64,000 nt of DNA from an uncultured Methanosarcinales archaeon (GCA_964572875.1 CAZNGE010000001.1:24834-88833), one strand, 5' to 3'; numbered from the stretch's first letter, positions 11,029 through 21,064 are shown. Numbers and translations are program-made. Notes: a model not told the origin generated them from the sequence alone.

Positions 11029-11361
11029 CTACTCGACTTCCACTTCTTTCAGCACGATATCCTTCCCTTCGATGACTTCAGGGACTGCCTTGCACTTGGG
11101 ACAGAGATATACTGAATGGCCATGGCTGTGCTCCAGTATGTCCGGCTCTCCCTCGTATCCGCAGGCGCATCTGACTTTTGCCTTCCTCGTGACTATCTTG
11201 ACATGCCAATCAGGCACCATACTGCTTAGAGTCTTATTGAGCTCTTCTGCTGGAAGATGCCCCAGATCGCCCACTTCAACGGTTATACCCTTTATTTTCC
11301 CTTGTTTCACATGCTCCTGTGCCACTTCTATGATGTCTTTGCTTATAAGGGTATCATGCAT
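11029..11361 (-). CDS. hypA: Hydrogenase nickel metallochaperone HypA/HybF-like
   Basis: N-terminal MHD (canonical MHE), VEVGDL, CxC...CPKC, G(K)DIVLKEVEVE ending. Confidence 0.85.
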   Translation of the reverse strand: MHDTLISKDIIEVAQEHVKQGKIKGITVEVGDLGHLPAEELNKTLSSMVPDWHVKIVTRKAKVRCACGYEGEPDILEHSHGHSVYLCPKCKAVPEVIEGKDIVLKEVEVE

Positions 11362-11509
11362 CCAGGAAACCAAACAAGCCTTTCTATATAAATATTATCG
11401 TGATTTTAGCGGTTTGTGTAATCATCAAAAAGTCGTGAAAATAAGAGGTGACCATAAGAGGGTGCGTATGAGAAGATATGAGAAAAAAATTATGGAAAAA
11501 TGATGACAT

Positions 11510-13930
11510 CTATTTTATCCCGAGCTGCTTCTCCTTCTCTGCAATCGCCAGCGTTGTCTTGACCACAGTGTCCGGGTTGAGGCTCATGCTGTGTATGCCT
11601 GCCTCGACCACGAACTCTGCGAAGTCCGGGAAGTCCGAAGGAGCCTGTCCGCAGATGCCTATGTACTTTCCTTTCTCGTTCGCGACCTTGATGACCTGCG
11701 CTATAAGTCTCTTGACAGCCTCATTGCGCTCATCATATATAGATGACACGAGCTCTGAATCCCTGTCAAGCCCGAGCGTCAGCTGGGTGAGGTCGTTCGA
11801 GCCGATGCTGAAGCCGTCAAATATCTCAAGGAACTCTTCCGCGAGTATGACATTTGCCGGTATCTCGCACATGCATACGACCTCAAGGCCGTTCTCGCCC
11901 TTCTTCAGCCCATTCTTCTCCATCTCTGCGAGTACCTTGTTTCCTTCTTCTACTGTCCTGCAGAAAGGCACCATCACCTTCAGGTTGGTGAGGCCCATCT
12001 CGTTCCTCACTTTGAGCACTGCCCTGCACTCCAGGCCGAACGCCTCCCTGAAAGATTCAGAATAATATCTTGATGATCCCCTGAAACCTATCATAGGATT
12101 GTCCTCTTTAGGCTCGAAGAACGTGCCGCCTATCAGGTTCGCGTACTCATTGCTCTTGAAATCGCTGAACCGCAGTATGACATCTTTCGGATAGAATGCA
12201 GCGGCGAGCCTCGCGACTCCCATCGCGAGCTTGTCGACATAATACTTGACCTTGTCCTCGTATCCCTTGGTCAGGTCTGCTATCTGCTTCTTGACCTTTG
12301 CGTCAGTCACCTTGTCAGGCTGCAGGAGCGCCTGCGGGTGTATCTTGATGAATGAGTTGATGATGAACTCCTCCCTCGCAAGCCCCACGCCCTTGTTAGG
12401 CAGGAAGCTGAAGTCGAACGCCTCCTCCGGGTTGCCTACGTTCATCATGATCTTGGTCCTTGTCTCGGGCATGCTTGAGAGGTCTGTGGTCTCTATATCG
12501 AACTTGAGAACTCCCTCATACACCTTTCCTATGTCACCTTCTGAGCAGTCGACAGTTATCTTCTTCCCTGACGGTATATTCTCTGTAGCGTTTCCTGTCC
12601 CTACCACACAAGGTATGCCAAGCTCTCTTGAAATGATGGCTGCGTGGCACGTACGCCCACCACGATTCGTCACTATTGCTGCTGCTATCTTCATGATAGG
12701 CTCCCAATCTGGATCAGTCATATCAGTGACAAGGACCTGTCCTTTCTTGAAGTCTCCGATTTCATGGACCTCCTTTATCACATTGGCCTCTCCTGCGCCT
12801 ATCTTCTCACCTACACTATGCCCCTCAATCAGCACTTTTCCCTTTTCCTTGAGCACATAATTCTCTATCTTTGTCGTGTCTTTCCTGCTCTGTACTGTCT
12901 CGGGCCTCGCCTGGACTATGAAGAGCTGTCCTGTGTCCCCGTCCTTTGCCCATTCCATGTCCATGGGCTTGAAGTGGCCTGCCTTCTCGCTGTAATGGTC
13001 CTCTATTATGCAGGCCCATTTGGCAAGCGTGATCACCTCATCCTCATTCAAGGCGAACTTCTTCCTGTCCTCACTGCTCACCTGGACGTTCTTCGTGGGC
13101 TTGATGCCATTGTGGGTGTAGATCATCTTTATGGCCTTCTCACCGACTTCCTTGTTTATGATCGACCTGAATCCTTTCTTAAGCGTGGGCTTGTGTACAT
13201 AGTATTCGTCTGGATTGACCGCGCCCTGGACCACGTTCTCTCCAAGCCCGTAAGCTGCTGTGATGAATACGACATCCGTGAATCCTGATTCCGTGTCTAT
13301 CGAGAACATGACTCCTGAGCATGCTTTGTCTGACCTGACCATCTTCTGCACGCCGATGGAAAGGGCGACCTTGAAGTGGTCGAAGTTCTTGTCCACCCTG
13401 TATGATATGGCCCTGTTGGTGAACAATGACGCGAAGCACCGCCTGCAAGCGTCAAGAAGCATCTCTGGTCCGCATATGTTGAGGAATGTCTCCTGCTGTC
13501 CTGCGAAGCTCGCGTCCGGAAGGTCCTCTGCTGTAGCGCTGCTCCTTACCGCGACGTCTACGTTGTCGCCGTACTGCTTGCACATGTCAGCGTATGCCTT
13601 TACGATTGCGTCCTTGAGCTCCTGCGGGAACTCTGCGTTCAGGAAAAGGTGCCTTACCTTCTCACCCCTGAGTGCGAGGTTCTTCATGTCAGATGTGTTT
13701 AGGTCTCCGAGGACCTCGCGTATCTTATCCTTTATGCCTGATTTCTCGACAAGATAGTCATATGCATAAGCCGTGACCGCGAACCCGTTGGGGACCTGCA
13801 CACCCTTCACCGTAAGGTTGCGGTACATCTCACCGAGAGAGGCGTTCTTGCCTCCGGTATAGGGCACATCCTCTATGCCTAATTGATCGAACCATAGAAT
13901 GAACTCTTTAGACTTATCCATATATTTCAC
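11510..13930 (-). CDS. ppsA: Phosphoenolpyruvate synthase (pyruvate, water dikinase)
   Basis: GGKNASLGEM, VAVRSSATAEDLPDASFAGQQET, phospho-His GGRTCHAAI, FSIGSNDLTQ. Confidence 0.97.
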   Translation of the reverse strand: MKYMDKSKEFILWFDQLGIEDVPYTGGKNASLGEMYRNLTVKGVQVPNGFAVTAYAYDYLVEKSGIKDKIREVLGDLNTSDMKNLALRGEKVRHLFLNAEFPQELKDAIVKAYADMCKQYGDNVDVAVRSSATAEDLPDASFAGQQETFLNICGPEMLLDACRRCFASLFTNRAISYRVDKNFDHFKVALSIGVQKMVRSDKACSGVMFSIDTESGFTDVVFITAAYGLGENVVQGAVNPDEYYVHKPTLKKGFRSIINKEVGEKAIKMIYTHNGIKPTKNVQVSSEDRKKFALNEDEVITLAKWACIIEDHYSEKAGHFKPMDMEWAKDGDTGQLFIVQARPETVQSRKDTTKIENYVLKEKGKVLIEGHSVGEKIGAGEANVIKEVHEIGDFKKGQVLVTDMTDPDWEPIMKIAAAIVTNRGGRTCHAAIISRELGIPCVVGTGNATENIPSGKKITVDCSEGDIGKVYEGVLKFDIETTDLSSMPETRTKIMMNVGNPEEAFDFSFLPNKGVGLAREEFIINSFIKIHPQALLQPDKVTDAKVKKQIADLTKGYEDKVKYYVDKLAMGVARLAAAFYPKDVILRFSDFKSNEYANLIGGTFFEPKEDNPMIGFRGSSRYYSESFREAFGLECRAVLKVRNEMGLTNLKVMVPFCRTVEEGNKVLAEMEKNGLKKGENGLEVVCMCEIPANVILAEEFLEIFDGFSIGSNDLTQLTLGLDRDSELVSSIYDERNEAVKRLIAQVIKVANEKGKYIGICGQAPSDFPDFAEFVVEAGIHSMSLNPDTVVKTTLAIAEKEKQLGIK

Positions 13931-14054
13931 CCTCTTTTTCCCAAAGCGATAATCGACCGATGATGCTTAACTAAAACTTAATTATTATATTCTTATATAC
14001 TGCCTAACCCTCTGTCATTTATAAATGTTACCTTACAGAAACAATCAAAAACTA

Positions 14055-14062
14055 TTTAAAGG
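14055..14062 (+). promoter_or_regulatory. Probable TATA box for EamA gene (short or no leader)
   Basis: TTTAAAGG preceded by A-rich BRE-like CAAAAAC, 29 nt before ATG 14084. Confidence 0.55.
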
Positions 14063-14083
14063 ACGCCCCCTCTGCGAAAAAGC

Positions 14084-14983
14084 ATGAAAAGAGGCTACCT
14101 ATTCGTCCTGCTGACAGCTTTGGTTAGCGGCGTGTCCATATTTCTCAACAAGTTCGGCGTGGAAGGTATAAACCCTTATGTCTTCACAGGATTCAAGAAC
14201 CTCATAGTGGCGCTTTTCCTGCTGTCATTCCTGCTGGCATTCAAGGAATTCAAGACATTGAAGACTCTTGAGCCGAAGCAATGGGGGCAACTTGCAGCCA
14301 TAGGCTTTTTTGGCGGTTCCGTGCCTTTCCTCCTGTTCTTCAAAGGGCTTTCCATGGCTCCGAGCGCAACAGCTGCGTTGCTGCACAAGTCCATGTTCAT
14401 ATTCATAGCGATCTTTGCAGTCATGTTCCTGAAAGAGAAGCTCAACAAGGGATTCATCATTGCGGCTGTCCTGCTTTTCGCAGGCAACCTCCTGCTGCTC
14501 GGAAAGGCAGCATTCGGTTTCGGCATGCCTGAGGCGCTGATAATGCTCGCAGTCCTGTTCTGGTCTGTCGAGACGATAATATCCAAGCATGTCCTGAAAG
14601 AGCTTCCGTCAAGGATTGTCGCTTTCGGAAGGATGTCATTCGGTGTGCTTTTCATCCTTATATTCCTGGGCGCGACAGGAAACATAACAAATATTGCTGC
14701 TTTGACTGCTCCGCAGATAGGCTGGATAGTTCTTACATCCGCCCTGCTATTCCTATATGTGATTTCATGGTATGCAGGCCTGAAGCTGGTGCCTGCGTCA
14801 AGGGCTGCCTGTGTTCTTCTGCTCGGAAGCGCGGTAACGACTCTGCTCTCTTTCATCTACGCAGGTTCTGTCACTGTAGCAGGTCTTGCAGGGACTGTGT
14901 GCATAATTTTAGGAGTGCTTATCATAACAGGATATTCTTACATCACATCAAAGCTCAGGATATTGTTTCCTTCTAAGAACTAA
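14084..14983 (+). CDS. DMT/EamA family transporter
   Basis: ~10 hydrophobic segments, two EamA-like halves, FLKEKL motif. Confidence 0.88.
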   Translation: MKRGYLFVLLTALVSGVSIFLNKFGVEGINPYVFTGFKNLIVALFLLSFLLAFKEFKTLKTLEPKQWGQLAAIGFFGGSVPFLLFFKGLSMAPSATAALLHKSMFIFIAIFAVMFLKEKLNKGFIIAAVLLFAGNLLLLGKAAFGFGMPEALIMLAVLFWSVETIISKHVLKELPSRIVAFGRMSFGVLFILIFLGATGNITNIAALTAPQIGWIVLTSALLFLYVISWYAGLKLVPASRAACVLLLGSAVTTLLSFIYAGSVTVAGLAGTVCIILGVLIITGYSYITSKLRILFPSKN

Positions 14984-14992
14984 AATCAAGAA

Positions 14993-15448
14993 CTAGATTT
15001 TCTCCACTGCATATCCATAATGTATCATGGCAGTGTCTCCTTCCTTTGCGCCTTTGTAGAGAGGTGCGACGATTCGGACATCACCCCCGCCCAGGTCTGC
15101 CCTGAAGAATCCCTTGATCTCCTTGACAAGCTTTCCAGGCTTCACCACGCAGAGCCGTCTTACCAGAGGCGGCAGGTCCTTGCTCAGCATTGCCTCATGG
15201 CCTTCGCAGAAGTATTCCCTGATCGTCTCTACATTCCAGAAGTCTTCACGGGTCTGCCTGAGGCGCTCGAATGCTTTCGGGAATGTCTTCTCGAGATATT
15301 CGCGAGGCAGGGGAGTGTCATTCTCGACAGCCTCGCGCATGCGCTCGTATTCCTCCTCTGTCATGGTTTTCCTGAAATCCACAAGCACCCTTGCGCATGG
15401 GAACGCGTACCGCATGAAATAGACTTCAGGAAGCATATCAGGCATCAT
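14993..15448 (-). CDS. Hydrogenase-associated protein with C-terminal HypC-like domain (DUF6390-like)
   Basis: N-terminal RYAFPC. C-terminal CVVKPGKLVK...GDTAMIHYGYAVEKI resembles HypC. Overlaps hypC end; exact start uncertain (15436-15472). Confidence 0.7.
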   Translation of the reverse strand: MMPDMLPEVYFMRYAFPCARVLVDFRKTMTEEEYERMREAVENDTPLPREYLEKTFPKAFERLRQTREDFWNVETIREYFCEGHEAMLSKDLPPLVRRLCVVKPGKLVKEIKGFFRADLGGGDVRIVAPLYKGAKEGDTAMIHYGYAVEKI

Positions 15449-15674
15449 CCACACCCTTATCCTCATTCTCAAAGACTGTCTCCCACGCCTTGAGGCTCTT
15501 CAATGCCTCTTCATCAGGTATCTTCTGCACGATGATCTGCGCAGACACGAACACGTAGTCCCCGACAGCATACTCCCCATCCATGATCCTCGCAATCCTC
15601 GTCTGCCCAGGATACTCGACAGTAGCATCATCCCCTTCTATCTTCACTATCTTCCCAGGCATCGCCAAGCACAT
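15438..15674 (-). CDS. hypC: HypC/HybG/HupF family hydrogenase chaperone
   Basis: MCLAMPGKIVKI...VGDYV...EEA; 78 aa. Confidence 0.9.
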   Translation of the reverse strand: MCLAMPGKIVKIEGDDATVEYPGQTRIARIMDGEYAVGDYVFVSAQIIVQKIPDEEALKSLKAWETVFENEDKGVDDA

Positions 15675-15693
15675 CTTATCATCCTCATCTTAG

Positions 15694-15764
15694 GCAGCAC
15701 CACGACAACCTGCGGTTGTGGGGTTCAAGCAGAGCTCGAACCACCGCTCCTCGCGTGCAGCTGC
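15694..15764. repeat. Fold-back intergenic element B (dispersed family)
   Basis: GCAGC-AC-CACG pairs with CGTG-CA-GCTGC. Internal hairpins ACAACC-TGC-GGTTGT and GGTTC-AAGC-AGA-GCTC-GAACC. Confidence 0.6.
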
Positions 15765-15808
15765 AGCAATAAGTAAAACATATAAACCCTACTGCCTATA
15801 AAAACCTT

Positions 15809-16237
15809 ATGCTCCACATCCTGGCATTCGGCAATCCGTACCTAAAAGAGGACAGTCTCGCAGTCAGGGTAGCTGACCTTATCATAGAGGACAAAGTGCC
15901 CGGCATTGAGATAGTGAAATGCATCTCTCCTGACGAGCTGCTGAACTACTTTGACAAGGATTTCGTGATACTCGATGTTGTCAAGGACGCGGATGATGTC
16001 ATGATTATTGATGACATAGAAAGGCTGCAGTCAGGAAAGATAGTATCGCTCCACGACTTTGACCTCGGATTCTTCCTGAAGCTGATGAAGGAGACAGGTA
16101 GGATGGAGAAGATAATGATAATAGGCATCCCTCAGCAGGGCGACATAAAAGAGATTAAAGAGAAAGTCAAGAAAAAGATTCTGGGCCTGCTGGACAGCCT
16201 CAATCCTCCTGCCAGTCCAGCTGCAGGAAATGCGTAG
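15809..16237 (+). CDS. Hydrogenase maturation protease (HycI/HybD-like)
   Basis: AFGNPYLKEDS, VILDVV, SLHDFDL, IIGIP. Confidence 0.85.
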   Translation: MLHILAFGNPYLKEDSLAVRVADLIIEDKVPGIEIVKCISPDELLNYFDKDFVILDVVKDADDVMIIDDIERLQSGKIVSLHDFDLGFFLKLMKETGRMEKIMIIGIPQQGDIKEIKEKVKKKILGLLDSLNPPASPAAGNA

Positions 16238-17489
16238 AGCAGGAAATGCAGGGGTCGTAAGCTCTTATCAGCTTCTCTATGTCGAGCTTTATCTCTTCCT
16301 GGCCCTTGTCAAGTATCGAGGGAAGGAATGCCTTTATCGACTCTTCTACATGCTGAAGGCTCTGCGTGGTCGGGGTGGTTATGTCCGCGAACGTGCAGTA
16401 CCCCTCATCATCGAACTTGTAATGGTGGAATAGTATTCCCCTCGGTGCCTCGCAAGCGCCGATCCCTTCGCATGAGCATGGCTTGACATCGAACTCGACA
16501 GGCTTCTCCGATTTCAGCTCGAGGTTGGAGAGTATAATGATGGACCTGTTTATGCCTTCCAGGATCTCGATTGCCTGCGCGATTATGTTCATGAAAGGAT
16601 TGGACTTATTCTCGCAGACCTGCCTCGCGTACTGCTTGGCCTCATTCGACAGGAACTCGAAATTGTTGCAGAGCCGCGCCAGCGCTCCGACGAGATAGCT
16701 CTTTCCCTCCTGTGTCGCAAACTCCGCGGTGCTTCCTTCGCGCAGGTATTCCTTGAAGTGCTGCTTGTAGTCCTTTGTCGGGAAGCATGTTCCCCTCTCG
16801 CACCGCACGATCCTGTCTGAGTAGAAATACGTGCCTCCTGACAGCGCGAACTTGGGCGCGTCATTCTCGAACTCCGGATACGAGAGCCCTGAGAAGAGCT
16901 TGACCGTCTCTACAGCGTCGACCTTGCACTGCTTGAGCTCCTCGACGAGCGCATCAATCATGGTCTTGTCAGGTATCCGTGAGAACCCGCCGATGACACA
17001 GCCGATAGGATGGACGTCCCTGCCTGCGAGCGTGAATACTATATGGTTGCCGAGCCTCTTGAGCCGCAGCGCCCTCTCGACGAGCGCTTTGTGCTTCTTC
17101 GCCAGGCCTATCGCGCTCCCGACGCCGGAATAGTCCGGCAGGGTTAGGAAGTAGAGGTGCAGAGCATGGCTCTGTATTATGCCCCCTATGTTGAGGACTT
17201 CGCGAAGCTTACGGGTCTGCTCAGATACCTTGATGCCGAACGCGTCCTCTATCGCCTTTATCGAAGTTATGGCATGGACCACGGAGCATATCCCGCATAT
17301 TCTCGACGATATATGGCTCAGGTCATTGAACTTCTTGCCCTTGAGTATGCCTTCGAAGAACCTCGCGCCCTCGAGCACGTTGAGCTTGGCCTCTTCCACC
17401 TTGCCGCCGGATATCTTCACGTGCAGCTTCGCATGACCCTCTATCTTGGTTATATGGTCGAGCTCAAGCTTTCTTGGCATCTTTTTCAC
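16200..17489 (-). CDS. [NiFe]-hydrogenase large (alpha) subunit, group 3b-like, copy 2
   Basis: ITKIEGH, SRICGICSVVH, EAPRG, YDPCISCSTH plus C-terminal tail. Confidence 0.95.
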   Translation of the reverse strand: MKKMPRKLELDHITKIEGHAKLHVKISGGKVEEAKLNVLEGARFFEGILKGKKFNDLSHISSRICGICSVVHAITSIKAIEDAFGIKVSEQTRKLREVLNIGGIIQSHALHLYFLTLPDYSGVGSAIGLAKKHKALVERALRLKRLGNHIVFTLAGRDVHPIGCVIGGFSRIPDKTMIDALVEELKQCKVDAVETVKLFSGLSYPEFENDAPKFALSGGTYFYSDRIVRCERGTCFPTKDYKQHFKEYLREGSTAEFATQEGKSYLVGALARLCNNFEFLSNEAKQYARQVCENKSNPFMNIIAQAIEILEGINRSIIILSNLELKSEKPVEFDVKPCSCEGIGACEAPRGILFHHYKFDDEGYCTFADITTPTTQSLQHVEESIKAFLPSILDKGQEEIKLDIEKLIRAYDPCISCSTHFLQLDWQED

Positions 17490-18273
17490 CTTTTGATTTC
17501 AGAATGGCATCCTTTACCTTCTGCTCGCCGAACTTACTCAGCTTGTTCATGACATCCTTCTCATCGAGGCCCCAGCTCTTGAACAACGCGACTTCTGCAG
17601 GGAAGTTTGCGGTGTCGAGCGGCCCCCTGCACATTATGCAGGGTATGTTCTGCTTAATGCATACCGCGTCGCAGCCTCCGCGCGTGAGCGCTCCCATGCA
17701 CACTGTCTTCTCGCGCAGGAAGCAGTCCTTTCCCCTGCGCGGGCATTGGTTGCATACAGGGCCCTTGAACTCCTCGAACTTCTTCCCTTCGAGATAGCCG
17801 TTGATGAAGTCCATGAACTCCTTCTTGAGTATCGGGCAGCCATGGAGATAATGGTCCACCTTGACGAATCGGTCTATGGGCTGCGCCTCTATTGAGTCCG
17901 AGAGCATCTGCTGGTTATAGATATACTTGCCCAGCTCCTTGCTCTCTATGAAGTTGCGCATCGCAGGAATCCCCCCGTAGCATGCGCAGGCCCCGAGTGC
18001 GACAACAAGCCGGGATTTCTTTCTTATCTGCTTGAGCTTGCTGACTTCCCTCTTCGTGGTTATCGCACCTTCGACAAAAGCGATGTCGAACTCAGCTTCC
18101 TTGTTCTTCTCCTTTATGAGATTGAAATACTTTATATCGAGCTTCTCCAGAAGCCTGCTGAGATCATCAAGAAAGAGCACTGTGAACCCGCACCCCTCGC
18201 AGCACGTGAAGCAGAAAAATCCGACTATGGGCTTTGCATGCTTTGGGCCTGAAGCAGGAGATTTTTTTGGCAT
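17464..18273 (-). CDS. [NiFe]-hydrogenase small (delta) subunit, copy 2
   Basis: TCCEGC, VEGAI, GACA, HGCP, CNQC...CMGALTRGGCDAVC...CIMCRG. Confidence 0.93.
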   Translation of the reverse strand: MPKKSPASGPKHAKPIVGFFCFTCCEGCGFTVLFLDDLSRLLEKLDIKYFNLIKEKNKEAEFDIAFVEGAITTKREVSKLKQIRKKSRLVVALGACACYGGIPAMRNFIESKELGKYIYNQQMLSDSIEAQPIDRFVKVDHYLHGCPILKKEFMDFINGYLEGKKFEEFKGPVCNQCPRRGKDCFLREKTVCMGALTRGGCDAVCIKQNIPCIMCRGPLDTANFPAEVALFKSWGLDEKDVMNKLSKFGEQKVKDAILKSKGEKDAKKA

Positions 18274-18448
18274 TTAACAGTACCTCTTTTTTCAGCACAT
18301 ATCTCATTTTGCACGGTTTATAACTTTTTTGTTTTTTACGCGACATGTGAAAAGACGCAAAAAAGCTGAAATGCCTGAAAACGAGGCTTCTGAATTAGTG
18401 ACTAAACATCTGAAAATCCGACAGACCACTGCGCAGTGAACACGAATT

Positions 18449-18456
18449 TTTATAAA
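18449..18456. promoter_or_regulatory. TATA-like TTTATAAA in the divergent hydrogenase-2 / glycogen operon region
   Basis: Symmetric TATA box in a 300-nt divergent intergenic region. Confidence 0.45.
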
Positions 18457-18572
18457 GGGCGTAATCTGGGACACAATACAGTTAGTAATACGTCCAGTAG
18501 CAAAAATTGATGTCAAAGATTGAAAATAGAGTGAAAAAGAGGCATACTGATTAGGTCAGTAGTTACGACAAA

Positions 18573-19808
18573 ATGAGAGTGTTGATGTTCGGTTGGGAGT
18601 TCCCCCCCTTCAAGAGCGGCGGTCTAGGTACGGCCTGCTATGACCTAACCAAGGGTCTCTCGAACCAGGGCGTAAACGTCACCTTTGTCATGCCTGTCGC
18701 TCCTGAAGGAGCCAATGCGCAGTTCGTCAAGCTCGTGGGTGCCAACAACTTCTCAAAAAATGTCAAACTCCGCAAAATAAGCTCTGTTCTCACACCATAC
18801 CAATCATTCAGCTCGTATTCCGAAGCGCTCAGCAAAGTCAGGGCATCATCGAATTACACGACCTCTAAGGATAAGGTATATGGCAATAATCTCTATGAAG
18901 AAGTATACCGTTACTCCATCGCTGCTGCTGACATAGCTGAGGAAGAGGAGTTCGATGTTATCCATGTCCATGACTGGATGACCTACAGGGCAGGCATAAA
19001 CGCCAAGGCCGCTTCTGGCAAGCCATTGGTCGCACATATCCATGCGACAGAGTTCGACCGCACAGGAGGCAATCCCAACCAGATAATAAGCCACATGGAA
19101 TATCAGGGCCTCAGGGCTGCGGATGTAGTGATAGCCAACTCGAATTTCACCAAGCAGAACGTAATCAAGCATTACAGCATCGATCCGGATAAGATAAAGG
19201 TCGTTCACTGGGGAATCGATCCCGAGAACCCATATTATGGGATCAATCATAAGTCTCCTTTCGATGATGAAAAGATCGTACTTTTCCTCGGCAGGATAAC
19301 CATACAGAAAGGTCCTGATTACTTTGTTGAGGCAGCCAACAATGTGCTGAAGTATGTGCCGAATACCAAGTTTGTGGTCGCTGGCTCCGGAGACATGTTC
19401 GAGCGCATGATCAACAGGGCAGACGAGCTGGGGATACTCAACAACTTCATATTCACAGGATTCCTCAAGGGCGCTGACGTCCACAAGGCATTCCAGATGG
19501 CAGACCTTTATGTGATGCCTTCAGTTTCCGAGCCTTTCGGCCTCGTCGCGCTCGAATCGCTAAAGAACGGCACGCCGATACTGATATCAAAGCAGTCAGG
19601 GGTCAGCGAGGTCGTGAATCACGCCCTGAAGGTCGATTTCTGGGATGTGGCTGAGATGACCAACAAGATAGTCAATGTGCTGAAGTATCCTGAACTGCAT
19701 TCAGAGCTAAAGGAAAACAGCTTCAGGGAAGTACAGGGCTTCAACCTTGACGAACCGGCCAGGAAGACCAGGGAGATCTACGAGCAGGCTATAATTATCA
19801 AGAGGTAA
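18573..19808 (+). CDS. Glycosyltransferase family 4 (glycogen-cluster type)
   Basis: GWEFPP..SGGLG, HVHDWMT, GRITIQKGPDYF, PSVSEPFGLVALE. Confidence 0.93.
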   Translation: MRVLMFGWEFPPFKSGGLGTACYDLTKGLSNQGVNVTFVMPVAPEGANAQFVKLVGANNFSKNVKLRKISSVLTPYQSFSSYSEALSKVRASSNYTTSKDKVYGNNLYEEVYRYSIAAADIAEEEEFDVIHVHDWMTYRAGINAKAASGKPLVAHIHATEFDRTGGNPNQIISHMEYQGLRAADVVIANSNFTKQNVIKHYSIDPDKIKVVHWGIDPENPYYGINHKSPFDDEKIVLFLGRITIQKGPDYFVEAANNVLKYVPNTKFVVAGSGDMFERMINRADELGILNNFIFTGFLKGADVHKAFQMADLYVMPSVSEPFGLVALESLKNGTPILISKQSGVSEVVNHALKVDFWDVAEMTNKIVNVLKYPELHSELKENSFREVQGFNLDEPARKTREIYEQAIIIKR

Positions 19809-19816
19809 TCGAAAAA

Positions 19817-21064
19817 ATGGTGAGCGTGTGTTTTTATTTCCAGGTGCATCAGCCTTTCAGGATGAGGCGTTACCCTATCTTTGATATAGGGAAGAAGCGG
19901 AACTATTTTGACGACGAGAAGAACATAGAGGTGCTCAGGAAGGTCGCGAGGAAGTGCTACCTCCCTGCGAACAGCCTCATGCTGGATCTTCTTGAGAGGC
20001 ATCCCGGGTTCAGGATATCCTATTCTTTGTCAGGTGTTTTTATTGAGCAGTGCGAGAAGTGGGCTCCCGAAGTGCTGGAGAGCTTCAGGAAGCTTGTGGA
20101 TACTGGACGTGTCGAGATTCTATCTGAGACTTACTACCACTCTCTCGCATACCTTTTTTCTAAGGATGAGTTCAAGGAGCAGGTGCTTTTGCACAGGAAG
20201 AAGATTGAGGAGGTGTTCGGCGTCACGCCAAGAGTCTTCAGGAACACAGAGCTGATATACAACAATGAGATCGCGAACTACATCGAAGGAATGGGCTTCA
20301 AGGGAATCATAGCCGAGGGTTGGGACCCTATCCTGGGCTGGAAGAGCGCGAACTTCGTTTACAGGCCAAAGACGACCAGGAATATCAGGCTCCTGCTCAA
20401 GAACTACCGCCTGTCTGATGACATAGCGTTCCGCTTCTCGAACAGGGGATGGGCGGAATGGCCCCTGACGACAGATAAGTTCTGCCAGTGGGTGAACAGA
20501 TACAACGGCAGCGGCGAGTGCATCAACCTGTTCATGGACTACGAGACGATAGGGGAGCACCAGTGGGAGGACACAGGCATATTCGATTTCCTGCGACACC
20601 TGCCAGGCGAGCTGCTGAAGCACCCTGACAACAGCTTCAAGACACCGTCAGAGCTGATAGACACGCACGAGGCAAAAGACGAGATAGACTGCCACCACAT
20701 GATATCCTGGGCAGACATAGAGCGCGACCTGTCGGCATGGCTCGGCAACAGGATCCAGCAGTCATCCGCGAACAGGCTCTACTCATTGGAGAAGGACATA
20801 AAAAATTCAGGAGATCAGCAGCTGCTGGACGACTGGCGCAAATTACAGACATCAGATCATTTCTACTACATGTGCACCAAATGGTTCAATGATGGCGACG
20901 TGCATAAGTACTTCAACCCTTATGACTCGCCATACGACTCTTTCATGAATTTCATGAACGTGATGAATGACATAGTGATACGGCTGAAATCAGGGACTAA
21001 GACGGCATCAGGTGAGGCTGCTGCTGGCGAGGTGAAGGGCGATGACATGGGCAAGGCATTATAA
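19817..21064 (+). CDS. Glycoside hydrolase family 57 (alpha-amylase-like)
   Basis: QVHQP, ETYYHSL, FRNTELIY (nucleophile), FMDYETIGEHQW (acid/base), SWADIERDLSAW. Confidence 0.93.
   Translation: MVSVCFYFQVHQPFRMRRYPIFDIGKKRNYFDDEKNIEVLRKVARKCYLPANSLMLDLLERHPGFRISYSLSGVFIEQCEKWAPEVLESFRKLVDTGRVEILSETYYHSLAYLFSKDEFKEQVLLHRKKIEEVFGVTPRVFRNTELIYNNEIANYIEGMGFKGIIAEGWDPILGWKSANFVYRPKTTRNIRLLLKNYRLSDDIAFRFSNRGWAEWPLTTDKFCQWVNRYNGSGECINLFMDYETIGEHQWEDTGIFDFLRHLPGELLKHPDNSFKTPSELIDTHEAKDEIDCHHMISWADIERDLSAWLGNRIQQSSANRLYSLEKDIKNSGDQQLLDDWRKLQTSDHFYYMCTKWFNDGDVHKYFNPYDSPYDSFMNFMNVMNDIVIRLKSGTKTASGEAAAGEVKGDDMGKAL

Noticed and set aside
10561..11115. 184-aa + strand ORF crossing element A
   Set aside because: Overlaps hydrogenase beta and hypA antisense; no motif support.
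15694..15764. Element B as a tRNA (contains GGTTCAA)
   Set aside because: No D arm, anticodon arm or acceptor geometry can be built.
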